DNA from: Eledone cirrhosa
Taxonomy: Eukaryota
Assembly: GCA_964016885.1 (NCBI GenBank)
Contig: OZ024741.1
Location: 197,532,001-197,596,000 of the forward strand
Direction of reading: 5' to 3'
Length of the DNA: 64,000 nt
In this document: in pieces, positions 28,461 to 42,443 of the stretch
How positions within the stretch are numbered: position 1 is the stretch's first letter
Layout: every line of letters begins with the position of its first letter
Notes under the pieces: model-generated
Database searches by the model: none
What the model was told of the DNA's origin: nothing
The model's input: the letters and a program-made list of their open reading frames with translations, nothing else
Made by a program: the position numbers and the translations under genes

Positions 28461-30300
28461 CGTCAGACTTGAAAAGGTACTTACTCTTAATATTCAGGTT
28501 AATTCTGGTTGTGTGGTGTTGCTTGATTCGCCTTACATAAACATCCATTTGCGCGCAGTAATATTCAATACCGTTTTATTTATACTTCTAAATCTCCTAA
28601 TTCTTTGTAATTTTCCTTGTAATGCCGTCTCATCGCCTTTTCGACGGAGTCATTACAGCGCTGCACAATATTCTTTGAAATATTTTTTATCCACATTCGG
28701 GTTGTTTCAATGTTTTTATTGTTGATACTGCCTTGTTTATGGCAAGTGTGTTCATTGTCCACATATGAGGAACATTGTCAAAAGCCATCTGGTAATCAAT
28801 GAAATTATTATGAAATCAATGAAATCAATGAAATCATTATGAAATCAATGAAATCATTATGAAATTATTTTTATTTTTTCTGAAGTTTTCTGTTATGGCT
28901 GTAATGACCATATGAGCCTTTGCAGCATCCGTTCTGTTAATTCTTGGGGATCAGTGTGATTTTCCGCTTAATAAACCAGTCGAGTATCCATTAGAATGTC
29001 AGTTAATTTTTTTGCAAGTACACCATGTGTCCCTGTTAAATATTTCAACGAGAAGTTTGAGATTTTGTCACGTCCTGTTGCCTTCCAGTTGCTTGCTCTT
29101 TTTCAAGGTTTTATTAACCTCCTCCATTGTGATGTCGTCCCATAGTTATTCAGGGGATATGTTTGTTCTAACTAGTTATGTGCATGGAAATTCCTTTGCC
29201 TTTCACAGTCCACTTCTTTTACTTTTGGGGCTACATTTATCTTTTTTTTTTTGCTTCTACTAAGTTTCTGATAGAATCGTTTGGGGTTGGAGTGAAATTG
29301 CTGGTTGGTTAAAAAATCTGTTAACGTTTTTCATATCTCCTGATTCTTTGTGCCTTGCAAGTATTTGTTTTTTAAACATTCTTTAGTTTCAGAGATTTCC
29401 CTTTCAATTATAATTTTTTATGATTTTATTTTCTTCCCCTTTACTGTGTTGTATTCTTTCCTATTTCATTTAAAATTGAGAGATCTTTTATTTTATTTTC
29501 TATCATTTTTTGTATTTTTGATTGTGTGTTTTTTCTTGTTTCTGTGGTTCTAAGGGAATATCCACTTTCTTTTTATATCAACAGTGTCTGCTGTATATAC
29601 GTTATTTAGGTGGATTGGCAGTATCGGTAGAGAGTCGAGCACCATGCTTTGCAGCATAGAGTTACGGTCCTTTACAGTCTGAGTTCAAATCCCACCGAGG
29701 TTAACTTTGCCTTTCATCCTTATGGGGTCGATAAAATAAAGTACCAGTCACGCACTGGGGTCAATTTAATCGACTTCCCCTTCCCCCAAATTACTGGCCT
29801 TGTGCCTATATAAGAAACCGTTATTTAGCCATATGATTCTAATGTTTCTCTTTGTGTCAATTAAGTCCATGATGGCCAGGTTAGCGTTTTTCATAATTGT
29901 TGCTATATCATCATTGCCTTTTATGTTTGGGAGGTGTATTCTTTCGTCGACATGGAGATCTATTGTTTGGAGTTCTTGGATTATTTCCATCTTTGTCCTA
30001 TTGTAGTCCTGAATTCCGGATTATTTCCATCTTTATCCTATTGTGGTCCTGAATTCCGTCTTCAGGGCTTCATATTTCCTTTCATTTATATTTTTGGCTG
30101 TTTTCCTGAATCGGTTTTTGTTCGTCAATATTCTCTCAGTTCGCGTTCGGTGCGTTTTGTTGTTGACTTTATCTGTTTTTGAATTTGTTAGTTCTATTTT
30201 ATGATAGAAAATTTCAATTTGTTGATACTAGTTAGTTGTTTTTTGTTCGTTATTTGTGTTTTCGTAGAGTATTCGTATTTTATTATTAAGATTAGCAGAA
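28460..30300 (-). mobile_element. Degenerate R4/Dong-like (RLE-type) non-LTR retrotransposon
   Basis: Minus IDYQMAFDNVPH (cf. WIDYKKAFDSVPH); frameshifted; interrupted by a SINE. Confidence 0.6.
29608..29825 (+). mobile_element. SINE, long-tail subfamily
   Basis: Full A/B box and core; tail has extra GTCAATTTAATCGACTTCCCC segment. Confidence 0.9.
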
Positions 30301-30680
30301 AAACCACCTGATAGCATGTGTAGTGTGTATATTGATATTATACATGTATTATGCATGTATTACACATGATATTATGCATGTAAATAAAATCGTAATTGAC
30401 AATATACACAGAAATTGAACGAAGACTGTGTTACACTGTCTTCTGTAATCAGTAGAGTAATCCATGATACATTTAAAAAAAGACGATATTATATATAAAC
30501 TGCATTAGGAGAAAATTAGCGATTATAAGTGTTATAATATAACGGCCGCTAACCGGAAGTGTTGATATTTGACAATTTTAAAGAAGTGAATCTTTAAATA
30601 AGCTATAGAATATATTTAATCAACAGCCACGAAATTTAGTAGATAAATTATGTAATATTCATTCATTATTTATTCAAAGG

Positions 30681-30870
30681 AGGTGGATTGGCAGTATCGG
30701 TAGAGGGTCGGACGCCATGCTTTGACGTATAGAGTTACGGTCCTTGCCATTCTGAGTTCAAATCCCGCCGAGATTAACTTTGCCTTTCATCCTTACGGGG
30801 TCGATAAAATAAAATACCAGTAATGCACTGGTTAATTGCTGGCCTTGTGCCAAAAGTAGAAACAATTATT
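30681..30870 (+). mobile_element. SINE, full length, with TSD
   Basis: Flanked by direct repeat ATTATTTATTCAAAG. Confidence 0.92.
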
Positions 30871-32838
30871 TATTCAAAGTAATCCAACTTATTTTACAAA
30901 CGGGGTAAAAAAAATATATTCTGGATGCAGTCCTGCACTCCTTACTTTATTATAGTTAAGATTATTATTATTGTTGTTGTTGCTGTTGTTTTTGATAGTG
31001 GTGGCGGTGGTGTTTATGGTATTGTTGTTGTTGTTGTAGGAATGCAAGTTATGACTGAATTTTAAGGGTCGTGTTTTATTTAAATTTAACCCCCCCCCCC
31101 CAGTGAATCAATCAGGCGCTGTTTCTAACTCCGTCTCTTTCTTGTTCAACTTTCCTGCTATAGCACCTTGTGTATCATTGTTATATATTTTAACTAGATT
31201 CTATCGTATCTTAGTACTTTTCATTTATTCAGTATTTTTAATGAGTACGTGTTACTTCTGCTGTTATTTCGCCCTACACGATTGTTCAGATGCTATTCTC
31301 GTTGTTTTAAATACACCTGTCAATAGAGAATCCTTATCTTGCTGTTGGTGCTGTATTGATTTCTATCTTTTTCTTACTAGATTCGGGGGAAATGGTGATA
31401 GATTCGTCGTCATTTTCATAGCGATGGATTTTTTGCGATTGAGTGAGGATCTCTTGTTTCAAACGGTCTTTGATTATGGAATTATTTCGGTGTGTTATAT
31501 TCCTGTAGGAGTTGTCGCTCCTTTCTCTTTCTCAATTGTGTCGTTTTGATATTGATTTGATTAAGGATTGTGTATTAGTTTTCCACGTTGTTTGATTTAG
31601 TTTTCATGTTGATATTTGAGTACCCACTTTCTTTTGTAACTACAGTAGAAGATACATATAATTTTTCATTTGACCTGCAAGTATTCATAGTTGTGTTTGT
31701 TTTAATAGTGTAATGCCCGTATTTGTGTGAGCTTTTTATTGTTTTTGTTGCAATTATATCGTTCGGTTTTATCTTTGGGAGGTAGTATTATTAGTAAAAA
31801 ATGTCATATTTTTGTTAAATCTTGAAATATTTTCACATCTAGATGCTCATGAACATGATTTCCACCTTTATTAATTTATTTCTTAAATTCTCTTTAAATT
31901 TGAATTTTTGATTGTATCTTTCTGATTCGGTGTTCGTTTGTATTCTGTAGGTCTTCAGCGTTTCAATGGGCCGGTTTCTCGTGTTTTGTAATTCACATTG
32001 GTTGTTTTTGGTCGCTTTCCTTGTTCTATCTTGGTGATTTAAGTTCTCAATATAACCATCTCTCTCTGTGCCTGTCTCTCTCTCTCTCACACACACACAC
32101 GCACACACACACACAAACACTCTCTCACACACACCCATATATAAATATTTTATATATTATATATATTATATATATATATATTATATATATATATATATGT
32201 TATATATTATATATATATATCTATATATCTATATATCTATATATTATATATATATTATATATATCATATATATATATGTTATACATATACGTCTATATAT
32301 CTATATATTATATCTATATATATATCTATATATTATATATATATTATATATATATATATATTATATATATATCTATATATTATATATATATTTATTTGAA
32401 TATATATATCTATATATTATATATATATATTATGTATATATATATATATTATATATATATATATTATATTTATATATTATATATATATTATATATATATT
32501 ATATATATATTATATATCTATATATATATTATATATATATATATATATATTATTTATGATAAGACATATGGAGAATAGGTTTGGCTGTGTAGGTGCTAGT
32601 TAAGGTAGCTTAAAATGGAATGAGAATAACAGGTTCTTGTTTTCTTCTTATTCTCATTCCATTTTAAGCTATATATTATATATATATGATATATATATAT
32701 TATATATATATATATATTATATATAAATTATATATATATATATTATATATATATTATATATATTATACATATATTATATATATATATTATATAATATATA
32801 TATATTATATATATATTATATATATTATATATATATAT

Positions 32839-32955
<117 letters not shown>

Positions 32956-32991
32956 TTTTTAGAATCCATATTCAATAAACAAACCAGGATT

Positions 32992-33051
32992 TTTCATTCT
33001 GAGGATTGAAAGCAAAACCTTTTGCTTTTAAGAAACCACTGGTAAATGGAA
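32992..33051 (+). ncRNA. Type I hammerhead ribozyme
   Basis: TTTCATT-CTGAGGA-TTGAAAGCAAA-acct-TTTGCTTTTAA-GAAA-CC-act-GG-TA^AATGGAA; in a ~200-bp element (32954-33150) whose tail resembles the Penelope pLTR tail. Confidence 0.88.
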
Positions 33052-33151
33052 TAATTGCCTTGTTGTTTATTACATAATAATAATAATTAAGCTCTGTTGC
33101 TTACATAGAGCACTCTTTTTTCCTGGACTTTTCCGATGGAATTACTTCATT

Positions 33152-33228
<77 letters not shown>

Positions 33229-33396
33229 ATATACATATTATAAATATATATATATTATATATATATGCAAAAGTTTTATTTAAAATTGTTGGGTTACAAC
33301 AAGTAAATATTTTATAACTGATATAAAGCAATCAACAAGTTTTGGAGTAGATATACGATATTAAACAAATGGAAACTATATTTATAAAACCATATT

Positions 33397-33461
33397 TATT
33401 TCATTATACATATTTCGGGGATACCATATTAAAAATATGGCATGCCTTCTTCAGATAAAAT
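33397..33461 (-). ncRNA. Type I hammerhead ribozyme (family D, left arm)
   Basis: Reverse complement of 33512-33576. Confidence 0.82.
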
Positions 33462-33510
33462 TCAATATTTATGGTACGTCAAAATTATTTATAAAACTGT
33501 TTATATATTG

Positions 33511-33576
33511 TATTTTATCTGAAGAAGGCATGCCATATTTTTAATATGGTATCCCCGAAATATGTATAATGAAATA
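33511..33576 (+). ncRNA. Type I hammerhead ribozyme (family D, right arm)
   Basis: TATTTTAT-CTGAAGA-aGGcATGCCATATT..AATATGGTATcCCc-GAAA-tatgta-TA^ATGAAATA. Confidence 0.85.
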
Positions 33577-33829
33577 AATATGGTTTTATAAATATAGTTT
33601 CCATTTGTTTAATATCGTATATATTATATATATATATATATATATTACATATATATAGATATATATTACTGGTCATTCCGTATGGTCAACCTCGATGTAA
33701 CATTATGGAGAGCACTCAACGTAATGCAACTCACCTGTCTTCGTTTGTGTAGTTGGTGGTGCGAGTACGGAGTGAATTATTATAAAACAACAGGAGGCTG
33801 GACTGGTGTAAATCCTTGAAAAGCTTATT

Positions 33830-33887
33830 ATACTATGATCATTTCAATGACCGGGTTCAGTATGAATCCTGTGACATCATCAGGTAT
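33830..33887 (-). ncRNA. Type I hammerhead ribozyme (imperfect stem II)
   Basis: Minus: ATAC-CTGATGA-(31-nt imperfect hairpin)-GAAA-TGATCA-TA^GTAT; palindromic stem III; inverted half-copy at 33991-34078. Confidence 0.75.
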
Positions 33888-34078
33888 TCAAAATATAAAA
33901 AAAGGAATATAATAGATAAAATCCATGGGGCTGAAAATCAGAGACAAGAGGACGACCGACCATTTAGCAGCTTCTGCCTCGGTCGGCCGCGATTCATACT
34001 GAACCCGGTCATTGAAATGATCATAGTATAATAAACCTTTCAAGGATTTACACCAGTCCTGCGTCCTGTTATTTTATA

Positions 34079-34153
<75 letters not shown>

Positions 34154-34190
34154 TATATATATACATATATATATATTATATATATATACA

Positions 34191-34277
<87 letters not shown>

Positions 34278-34280
34278 TAT

Positions 34281-34517
34281 ATACAATATTAATAAATGGA
34301 AACTATATTTATAAAACCATATTTATTTCATTATATATATTTCAAGGATATGATTTAACTTGCTATCCTTGAAATATATATAATGAAATAAATATGGTTT
34401 TATAAATATAGTTTCCATTTATTAATATTGTATATCTACTCCAAATAGTTGTCGAGTGCTTTATATCAATTATAATAATATTTGCTTGTTGTATCCCAAC
34501 AATTTAAATAGAACTTT

Positions 34518-34520
<3 letters not shown>
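34281..34520 (+). mobile_element. Family D fold-back copy truncated in stem II
   Basis: Arms ~34281-34350 / 34364-34433; both carry GAAA-tatata-TA^ATGAAATA but no CTGANGA; tail to AACTTTTGC(AT)n matches the reverse complement of 33267-33350. Confidence 0.75.
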
Positions 34521-34607
<87 letters not shown>

Positions 34608-35125
34608 TATACTAATTAGTTAGGGTTTAAATTTGTTTTTATGTAATATGTGTGCGTAATATGTGTACGTAAATAGTTTGTTTAAAAATGGGCGCAGAAG
34701 GCAAAGAAGAAAAGAATGTTTAAGGAAGAAAATATCTAACATCAAAAAATATATATGTTTACGAAATATTTTCTAATGGTAATAATATAATATATTAAAA
34801 GAAATTAGTTAGGGTTTAAGTTTGTTTTTATGTAAAAGTCAAACGAGCATGAAAGGATGAGAAGAGAAATTTAAGGAAGAGAAATCTAACGTCAAAAAAA
34901 CTTAAACCCTAACTAATTCCTCTAAATTCATAACTCATTCATTTTGCTCCTTCTTTTCACATTATATCCTTAATAACATTAATATTTTTATTTTAATAAT
35001 ACATATTAATAATTTCTTTTCCTAGCACATATTATTAAACCCATCAATATACAAACCTTAATTTAATATTATTCTTAATTACTTTTCCTCTTCATGCATA
35101 AACCTCATTATCTTATATTATATAG

Positions 35126-35511
35126 GGCGGGGGATTGGCAGTATCAGTAGAAGGTCGGACGCCATCCTTTCCAGCATAGTTACGTCCCTTTACGGTCTGA
35201 GTTCAAATCCCGCCAAGGTTAACTTTGCCTTTCATCCTTACGGGGTAGATAAAATAAAGTACCAGTAATGCACTGGGTAATTGCTGGCCTTGTGCCAAAA
35301 GTAGAAACAATTATATATATATAATAATGGCGGTGGATTGGCAGTATCGGTAGAGGGTCGGACGCCATGCTTTCCAGCATAGTTACGTCCCTTTACGCTC
35401 TGATATCAAATCTCGCCGAGGTTGACTTTGCCTTTCATCCTTACGGGGTCGATAAAATAAAGTACCAGTAATGCACCGGGTAATTGCTGGTCTTGTGCCT
35501 AAAGTAGATAC

Positions 35512-35516
<5 letters not shown>
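35126..35516 (+). mobile_element. Two tandem full-length SINEs
   Basis: 35126-35313 and 35328-35516. Confidence 0.92.
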
Positions 35517-35610
<94 letters not shown>

Positions 35611-35715
35611 CCATATATTATATATATATATCATATATTATATATATATCACATATTATATATATATCCAGTAATGCACTGGGTAATTGCTGGCCTTGTG
35701 CCTAAAGTAGAAACA

Positions 35716-35761
<46 letters not shown>

Positions 35762-35763
<2 letters not shown>

Positions 35764-37548
35764 GCGAGATACTGCAGAAACAATACTGCTCTGTTTTCAG
35801 CAATCCTGATATGGCCGATCTGGGCCGTATCAGTGATGTTAATCCCCAACACACTATATCAGACATAATGTTTGGCGCCCCTGATGTCTTAGCGGCAATA
35901 AACGAAATTAAACACAATTCAGCAGTAGGCCCTGACAGGTTCCCTGCTTGTGTCCTGAAGATGTGCCGACTCCAACTTGCATCTCTTCTTGCAAATCAGT
36001 GGAGGAACTCACTGGACACTGGCTATATTCCTGAAAACTTTCTGTCCCAATCCGTTGTCCCAGTCTTCAAAAAGGGAAATAAGTCCCTTGCAGTGAACTA
36101 CCGTCCGATCTCACTCATCTCTCATATTATCAAGATATTTGAGAGGGTCGTGAGATCACGAGTAACCTACTTTCTTGAAAGCAACGGCCTGCTGAACTCC
36201 AACCAACATGGGTTCCGTAATGGAAGGGACTGCCTAACGCAGCTCCTGCATCACTTTAACGATGTTTTGTAAGTCTTGGGAGAGGGCTCCAACACTGATG
36301 TCATCTACCTTGACTTCAGCAAGGCCTTTGACAGGGTTGATCATAAGATTCTACTGAAAAAACTATCCAATGTTGGTGTCTCTGGAAGGTTACTACAGTG
36401 GATCAAATGTTTCCTGACAGGCAGAACCCAGCATGTTGTAGTCGAAGGAGTAAAATCAAGCCCTGCCAAAGTCAGCAGTGGCGTTCCACAAGGCACTGTG
36501 TTGGGCCCACTTCTTTTCATCATTCACATTAATGACATTACTGACATCATCAAGCACAGCAACATCAGAATCTTCGCAGACGATTCCAAGCTCCAAAGGG
36601 TCATTAATAAGGTGGGTGGCCTGACTTGCCTTCAGTCAGACCTACTGGCTGTTATCCAATGGGCAGAAATGAATAATATGCTGTTGAATGAAAATAAATT
36701 TGAATTAATCCACTTTGTAAAAAAGGATGCCCTGAAACTACCATACTCTCTTTCTTCGGGTGAAACTCTAGTGGCATCTAATACCATCAGAGACTTGGGA
36801 GTAATTGTGGACAACAACATAAGCTGGGCCACTCTTATAAACAGCAAAGTTGATATGGCCCGCAGAATGTGTTCCTCGATTCTTAGAACTTTCCAGTCGA
36901 GAGATATCCACACTGTTATCCTTCCCTTCTCCACTTTTGCCCGACCCCACCTTGAATACTGTTGTCCACTGTGGTCATCCCACACGAAACAAAGTATCAT
37001 GAAAGTTGAAGAAGCCCAAAGGTCAATTACAAAAAAGATAGATGGCATGACAGGCCTTGACTATTGGAGTCGATTAGAAAAGCTCAAACTTTATTCTCTC
37101 CAACGTCGCCGCGAGCGCTACATTATCTGTATGATGTGTAAAATATTCCATCAGCTTTGCCCAAATGATGTTGGCATCAACTTTAGTGTACACCTAAGGC
37201 TTGGGCCCCGTGCTTATACGCCCACAACAAAAATCTCACTCGCATCACATAACAACAATACGGCACAATTATTTCACCTCAATTGGCCCTGCACTCTTTA
37301 ACATTACACCAAGACACATCAAAGCAGAGACAGACCCCATCAAGTTCAAGAAGTCTTTGAATAAATTCCTTCAAGAAATCCCGGATAAGCCTCCTACACC
37401 CGAATATGCCTCCGTAAACAATAACTCTCTGCTCGAGTGGGCCATGGTGCCCAAACACTGATTTGTAAGACTTCGCCATGTGGTGCTATTAAGTTAGACA
37501 TGGCCTGGGCCAATACTGGCCGAAACCTATTAAAGTTATCAAAGTTAT
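35762..37548 (+). mobile_element. 5'-truncated CR1-like LINE (RT) inserted in (TA)n
   Basis: NYRPISLISH, QHGFRNGR, YLDFSKAFDRVDH, GVPQGTVLGPLLF, FADD; one stop at 36270 and a late frameshift; tail TAAAGTTATCAAAGTT. Confidence 0.92.
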
Positions 37549-37741
37549 ATTATATATAAATTATATCATATATTATATATATATTATATATATATTAAAT
37601 ATATACATATATATTATATATATATATTATACATATATTATATATATATATTATATATATATTATATATATATACATTATATATATATTATATATTATGG
37701 AATACTGTTGGCTTCTTGCTACAATAATTTCTATACTTTTC

Positions 37742-37800
<59 letters not shown>

Positions 37801-37802
<2 letters not shown>

Positions 37803-38428
37803 AAAAAGGGAGTGCTACGTGGCTGCACATGGGTTACATATGAATAAAATTAGTCCTTGATCAGTGATCTTCCAACCTTCATTGGTATTTCATCGCTTTA
37901 AAAATCATATACCTCTGGTTGGTGCGAGCAATAACTAAATCAAGTTATTGGGACAAGTAAAATAGCGTGAAGCGAGCGATACATGTAAACAAACAAAGAT
38001 GGTGTTGCAACGGAAAGATAGGAAGAGACAAGTACATGATATCTATAAGCTTAAGCTTGGTGAATTCATGGGCGAGAGATACAGACCATCCGGCATGGGT
38101 GAGATGTGAGCGAGAAAAGGATTTCACACAGGTCAAACGGAAGGAAGTGAGAGAGGGGGAGAAGCAGAGAGTGAGTGATTGGAAGTGTGAGGAAGAAGCC
38201 AGCCGAGAGAGAGTGTGACAGGCAGAGGGGGTAAAAAGAAGGTGAGAGATACAGAGAGAGGGGAAGCAGTAAGAAAGAAACAGACAATCGCAGCTGAGGA
38301 ACAAATATAAATATAAGAAAAATGGAGTGCTTCGTGGTTGCACATGGGTTACATATGTATCAAATTAATCCTTCATCAGTGATCTTCCAACCTTCATTGG
38401 TATTTCATCGCTTTAAAAATCATATACA
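37801..38428. mobile_element. Non-coding element with ~112-bp terminal direct repeats (pLTR-like), period ~515 bp
   Basis: 37801-37912 repeated at 38316-38427; abuts (TA)n; contains GAGTGCT. Confidence 0.55.
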
Positions 38429-39024
38429 TACATATAGCAGGATCCACTTTATTTCACTCGCTTCACTAAGAGTTGGATTTTCTTCGCTCACGGTATGAAG
38501 AAGAGACTGACTAATACATAGTTACCGGCTTTCATTTTTAGTGTTGTGTGAAATATATAACCGCCTTAGGTATTGCCACAACCACGTCTGGCAAAGAAGT
38601 AAGGGTCTGGTGGTCCGTAAGTAAGCAACACTGTGGCTTAAAACGTGAGGAAGAAGTTGTGCGCACTTAGTAATTGTTTGAGGAATGAATGTGAGATTTA
38701 TCTTGAGCAAGGGTGGCGGAATAACCGGAGGCAGCAGAGAGCCAGACATACAGACAGATATTATAAGGGCGCATTCTGGACGCAGATGGAATTGTGGGAA
38801 GTGACGTAATGCAGACATACATACAGATATTATAAGAGCGTGACGTTATATGTATGTATCTATCTAAAAAGTGAAAGACTAAGAATTATAGAGAGAGATC
38901 GCCTCATGCAGTCCCTAGGGAATTGAACATTTGAAATTTTGCTCAGAACACTCCCTGAAATATAAGTATTATATGTCTAAAGTTTGAAAACAGTTGGGTG
39001 CTTCTCGAGTTTTAGTGATTCAAA

Positions 39025-39103
<79 letters not shown>

Positions 39104-39391
39104 CCTCAGTTTTATATATATAGATTATATATATATATTAGTGAGAGAATATGCCCCGAAATCATTAGACATGTCCGTCGGAACTGCGGGTAAAAAATTA
39201 GACAGATCCACTCAATGATCGCGTCTCGAGCTGTCCGCCGAGGAAACAATTATAACAGAATAAATTGAGTTCAGATGCATCACTGATTTTTCGTTTTCTA
39301 TTATATCATACTCTGCTCTGTAAGAGCATAGAGTGCTCAACCGGCATACCGCCTATGGAAGCATCTTAGCTACCATCAGACATACACACAC

Positions 39392-39429
<38 letters not shown>

Positions 39430-39495
39430 TAAAATAACAGATTAAAGTTTAAGCAAAGAATCTCTTGGGATTTCAGTCTTCAAATTTATTATTAT

Positions 39496-39573
<78 letters not shown>

Positions 39574-39643
39574 ATATATATTTATATTATATAAATGTAT
39601 ATTATATATATTATATATATATTATATATATATATATTATATA

Positions 39644-39739
<96 letters not shown>

Positions 39740-39867
39740 ATATATATATATTATATATATATTATAAATATATATATATTATATATATATATATATACAT
39801 ATATATTATATATATATATGTTATATAAATATATATTATATATATATATGTACATATATATAATATA

Positions 39868-39898
<31 letters not shown>

Positions 39899-40416
39899 CA
39901 TATATTTATATTATATATATATTATATATATAATATATATATATATATAATATATATATATTATATATATGCATATTATATGTATTATATATATATTATA
40001 TATATATTATATATATATTATATATATATTATATATATACACAGTTCAAGAGTAATGAATCTTAAAGAAAGAGACGGAGATAGGAGAGGAGACATTGGTG
40101 AATTAGTTAGAAGCCAAAGCGTAAAGGCTTGTGCTGAATGTGCAATATGCAGTGGAAAGCAGCTAAGTGGCTGCATTCATGCAGAGTTTAGGTGCACAGA
40201 GCTGGAAATAGTCATTAGTTAAGCAAAACAAGACCAACAATTTCGGCCATCTTGTTACCCATAGGCAGATCTCACACAATGCAGCCTCGACAGAATAATA
40301 CTGCTCGACTATGGCAGACAATTGATATATCCAGGACACCATAGTGAAATACCAATATATGGAACATTACATTTATGTAACATTCTTTCCTTATTTTAAT
40401 TTATATTCCTTTTGAA

Positions 40417-40535
40417 GTTCCGATGAGCTGCTCTATCTTTACCTATGTTAATTATTTTCAACTGAACCAGATTAATAATTATATATAATCATTTTATCCA
40501 GAAATATTATATGGAGTAGCGAAATAATTGTAAAC
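40417..40535 (+). ncRNA. Hammerhead ribozyme variant with CCGATGA core and ~74-nt loop II
   Basis: GTT-CCGATGA-GCTGCTCTAT-[74 nt]-ATGGAGTAGC-GAAA-taattg-TA^AAC; 10-bp stem II. Confidence 0.68.
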
Positions 40536-40640
40536 GGACATTATTATTAATAACATTATTATTATTATTCTCTACATTCCTTACCTCAATGTCTTCCTTG
40601 TGAAATTTGTGGTCTTGCTTTGCTTAATTAATGAATATAT

Positions 40641-40692
<52 letters not shown>

Positions 40693-40695
<3 letters not shown>

Positions 40696-41371
40696 AATAG
40701 AATGAAACGAAATTTCATTTCTCACTCTTACGACGACACTTACTTAAATGTAAGTATGTATGTATGCGTACATACATATATATATACAGACGTACAGTAG
40801 TGTGTATATATATATACATACATGCACACATATATATATGCACGTATCGGTTTACCGAACATTTATTATAATGCTCGGTTTGTTTGTTTGTAAACAAACA
40901 AACAGCCCGAATTACGCCGTACAGTGTTTAGGCAACCACGTCACCTTTTTGTTCAACACTGACACAGGAACGATGTACTAGTTTCAAGTTTATTAGCTAT
41001 CATCAGCATCGTATACCTTCCTGCCAGATGGTTGAACGTCTGAAAGTATATACTTTCCTTATGCATATTAACGTCTGAGCAGCTTAATTTGCATATCGAG
41101 TGAGTTCAGACGGCCAGGCACACCGAAAACGATAAATGGAATACAATGAAACGAAATTTCATTTCTCACTCTTAGTACGGCACTTACTTAAATGTAAGTA
41201 TGTATGTATGTATACGTACATGCATATATGTATACAGACGTACAGTAGTATGTATATATATACATTCATGCACACATATATATATGCACGTATCCTGTGT
41301 CAGTGTTGAACAAAAAGGTGACGTGGTTGCCTAAACACTGTACGGCGTAATTCGGGATGTTTGTTTGTTTA
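40693..41371 (-). mobile_element. Family F retrozyme-like element: ~444-bp monomer in partial tandem, plus an inverted segment
   Basis: 40693.. repeats at 41137..; 41294-41371 is the reverse complement of ~40890-40968. Confidence 0.8.
40970..41012 (-). ncRNA. Type I hammerhead ribozyme (family F)
   Basis: Minus: ACGATG-CTGATGA-tAGCTaataAACTt-GAAA-CTAG-TA^CATCGT. Confidence 0.85.
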
Positions 41372-41541
41372 CGCTCTATCTCAAAATTATTTTTGAAAAG
41401 CATTAGAAATGCGCAACCGGTAAAACTTAAAACCAAAACTGAATACTAAACAATACTATTACTAATTCTCACTTATTCCTAATTAAACTATTTTTCACTG
41501 TGAACAATTTGTTAGCATTTTCTATTCCGTTTACCAATATA

Positions 41542-41647
<106 letters not shown>

Positions 41648-41907
41648 ATATATATAATATATATTATATATATATATATAATATATATAATATATATAAT
41701 ATATATAATATATATATATTATATATATATTTTATATATATATATATTTTATATTATATATATACATATATTATATATATATGTTATATAAATATATATT
41801 ATATATATATACATATATATATATTATATATATATATATTATATATATATATTATATATATTATATATACATACATACACACACACACACATACACACAC
41901 ACACACT

Positions 41908-41949
<42 letters not shown>

Positions 41950-42075
41950 AATGTATATATAGTGTATTTTGCAATACACTGTATGCTTAATTGAAAGCAT
42001 TTTGAAGACCATACGCTATTGTTTTAAAATAGTGACAATGACACTTATTTACATTTTCAGCAAACAGGGGAGATA

Positions 42076-42120
42076 AACTGACAGAGTTCTGTTTCGTACT
42101 TTTTAGTACTTATCAAAGCT
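42076..42120 (-). ncRNA. Hammerhead ribozyme with U3-A8 core (TTGATAA)
   Basis: Minus: AGCT-TTGATAA-GTACT-aaa-AGTAC-like stem II-GAAA-CAG-aact-CTG-TC^AGTT. Confidence 0.78.
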
Positions 42121-42396
42121 CACTATTCCTCCTGTTTGTTGAAAATTTAAATAAGTGACATTGTCACTATTTTAAAACAATAGCATATGGTCTTCAAAAT
42201 GCTTTTAATTAAGCATACAGTGTATTTCAAAATACACTGTATATACATTCATATATATATCGCTATTTCAGAGCACCAATTCTAAGTTTCAATTCCTGCT
42301 GGACCGGCGACCGGTCTGTATAATCAGTTCCTGATTATTATTGGAATTTTATAAGAACCAAACACACATAATTTTCAGCAAACAGGAGGAGTAGTG

Positions 42397-42443
42397 AGCT
42401 TTGATAAGTGCCAAAAAAAGTACTAAACAGAGACCTGTCAGCT
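42397..42443 (+). ncRNA. Second TTGATAA-core hammerhead, GAAA mutated to TAAA
   Basis: AGCT-TTGATAA-GTGC..GTAC-TAAA-CAG-agac-CTG-TC^AGCT. Confidence 0.68.

Noticed and set aside
31130-31960. Possible further LINE N-terminal remnant on the minus strand
   Set aside because: Only compositional resemblance to 29300-30300; no diagnostic motif read
39160-39260. Possible hammerhead (TGT-CCGTCGG...GAAA-CAATTA-TA^ACA then AATAAA)
   Set aside because: 5' core has too many mismatches and stem II is ambiguous; probably a decayed member, not counted
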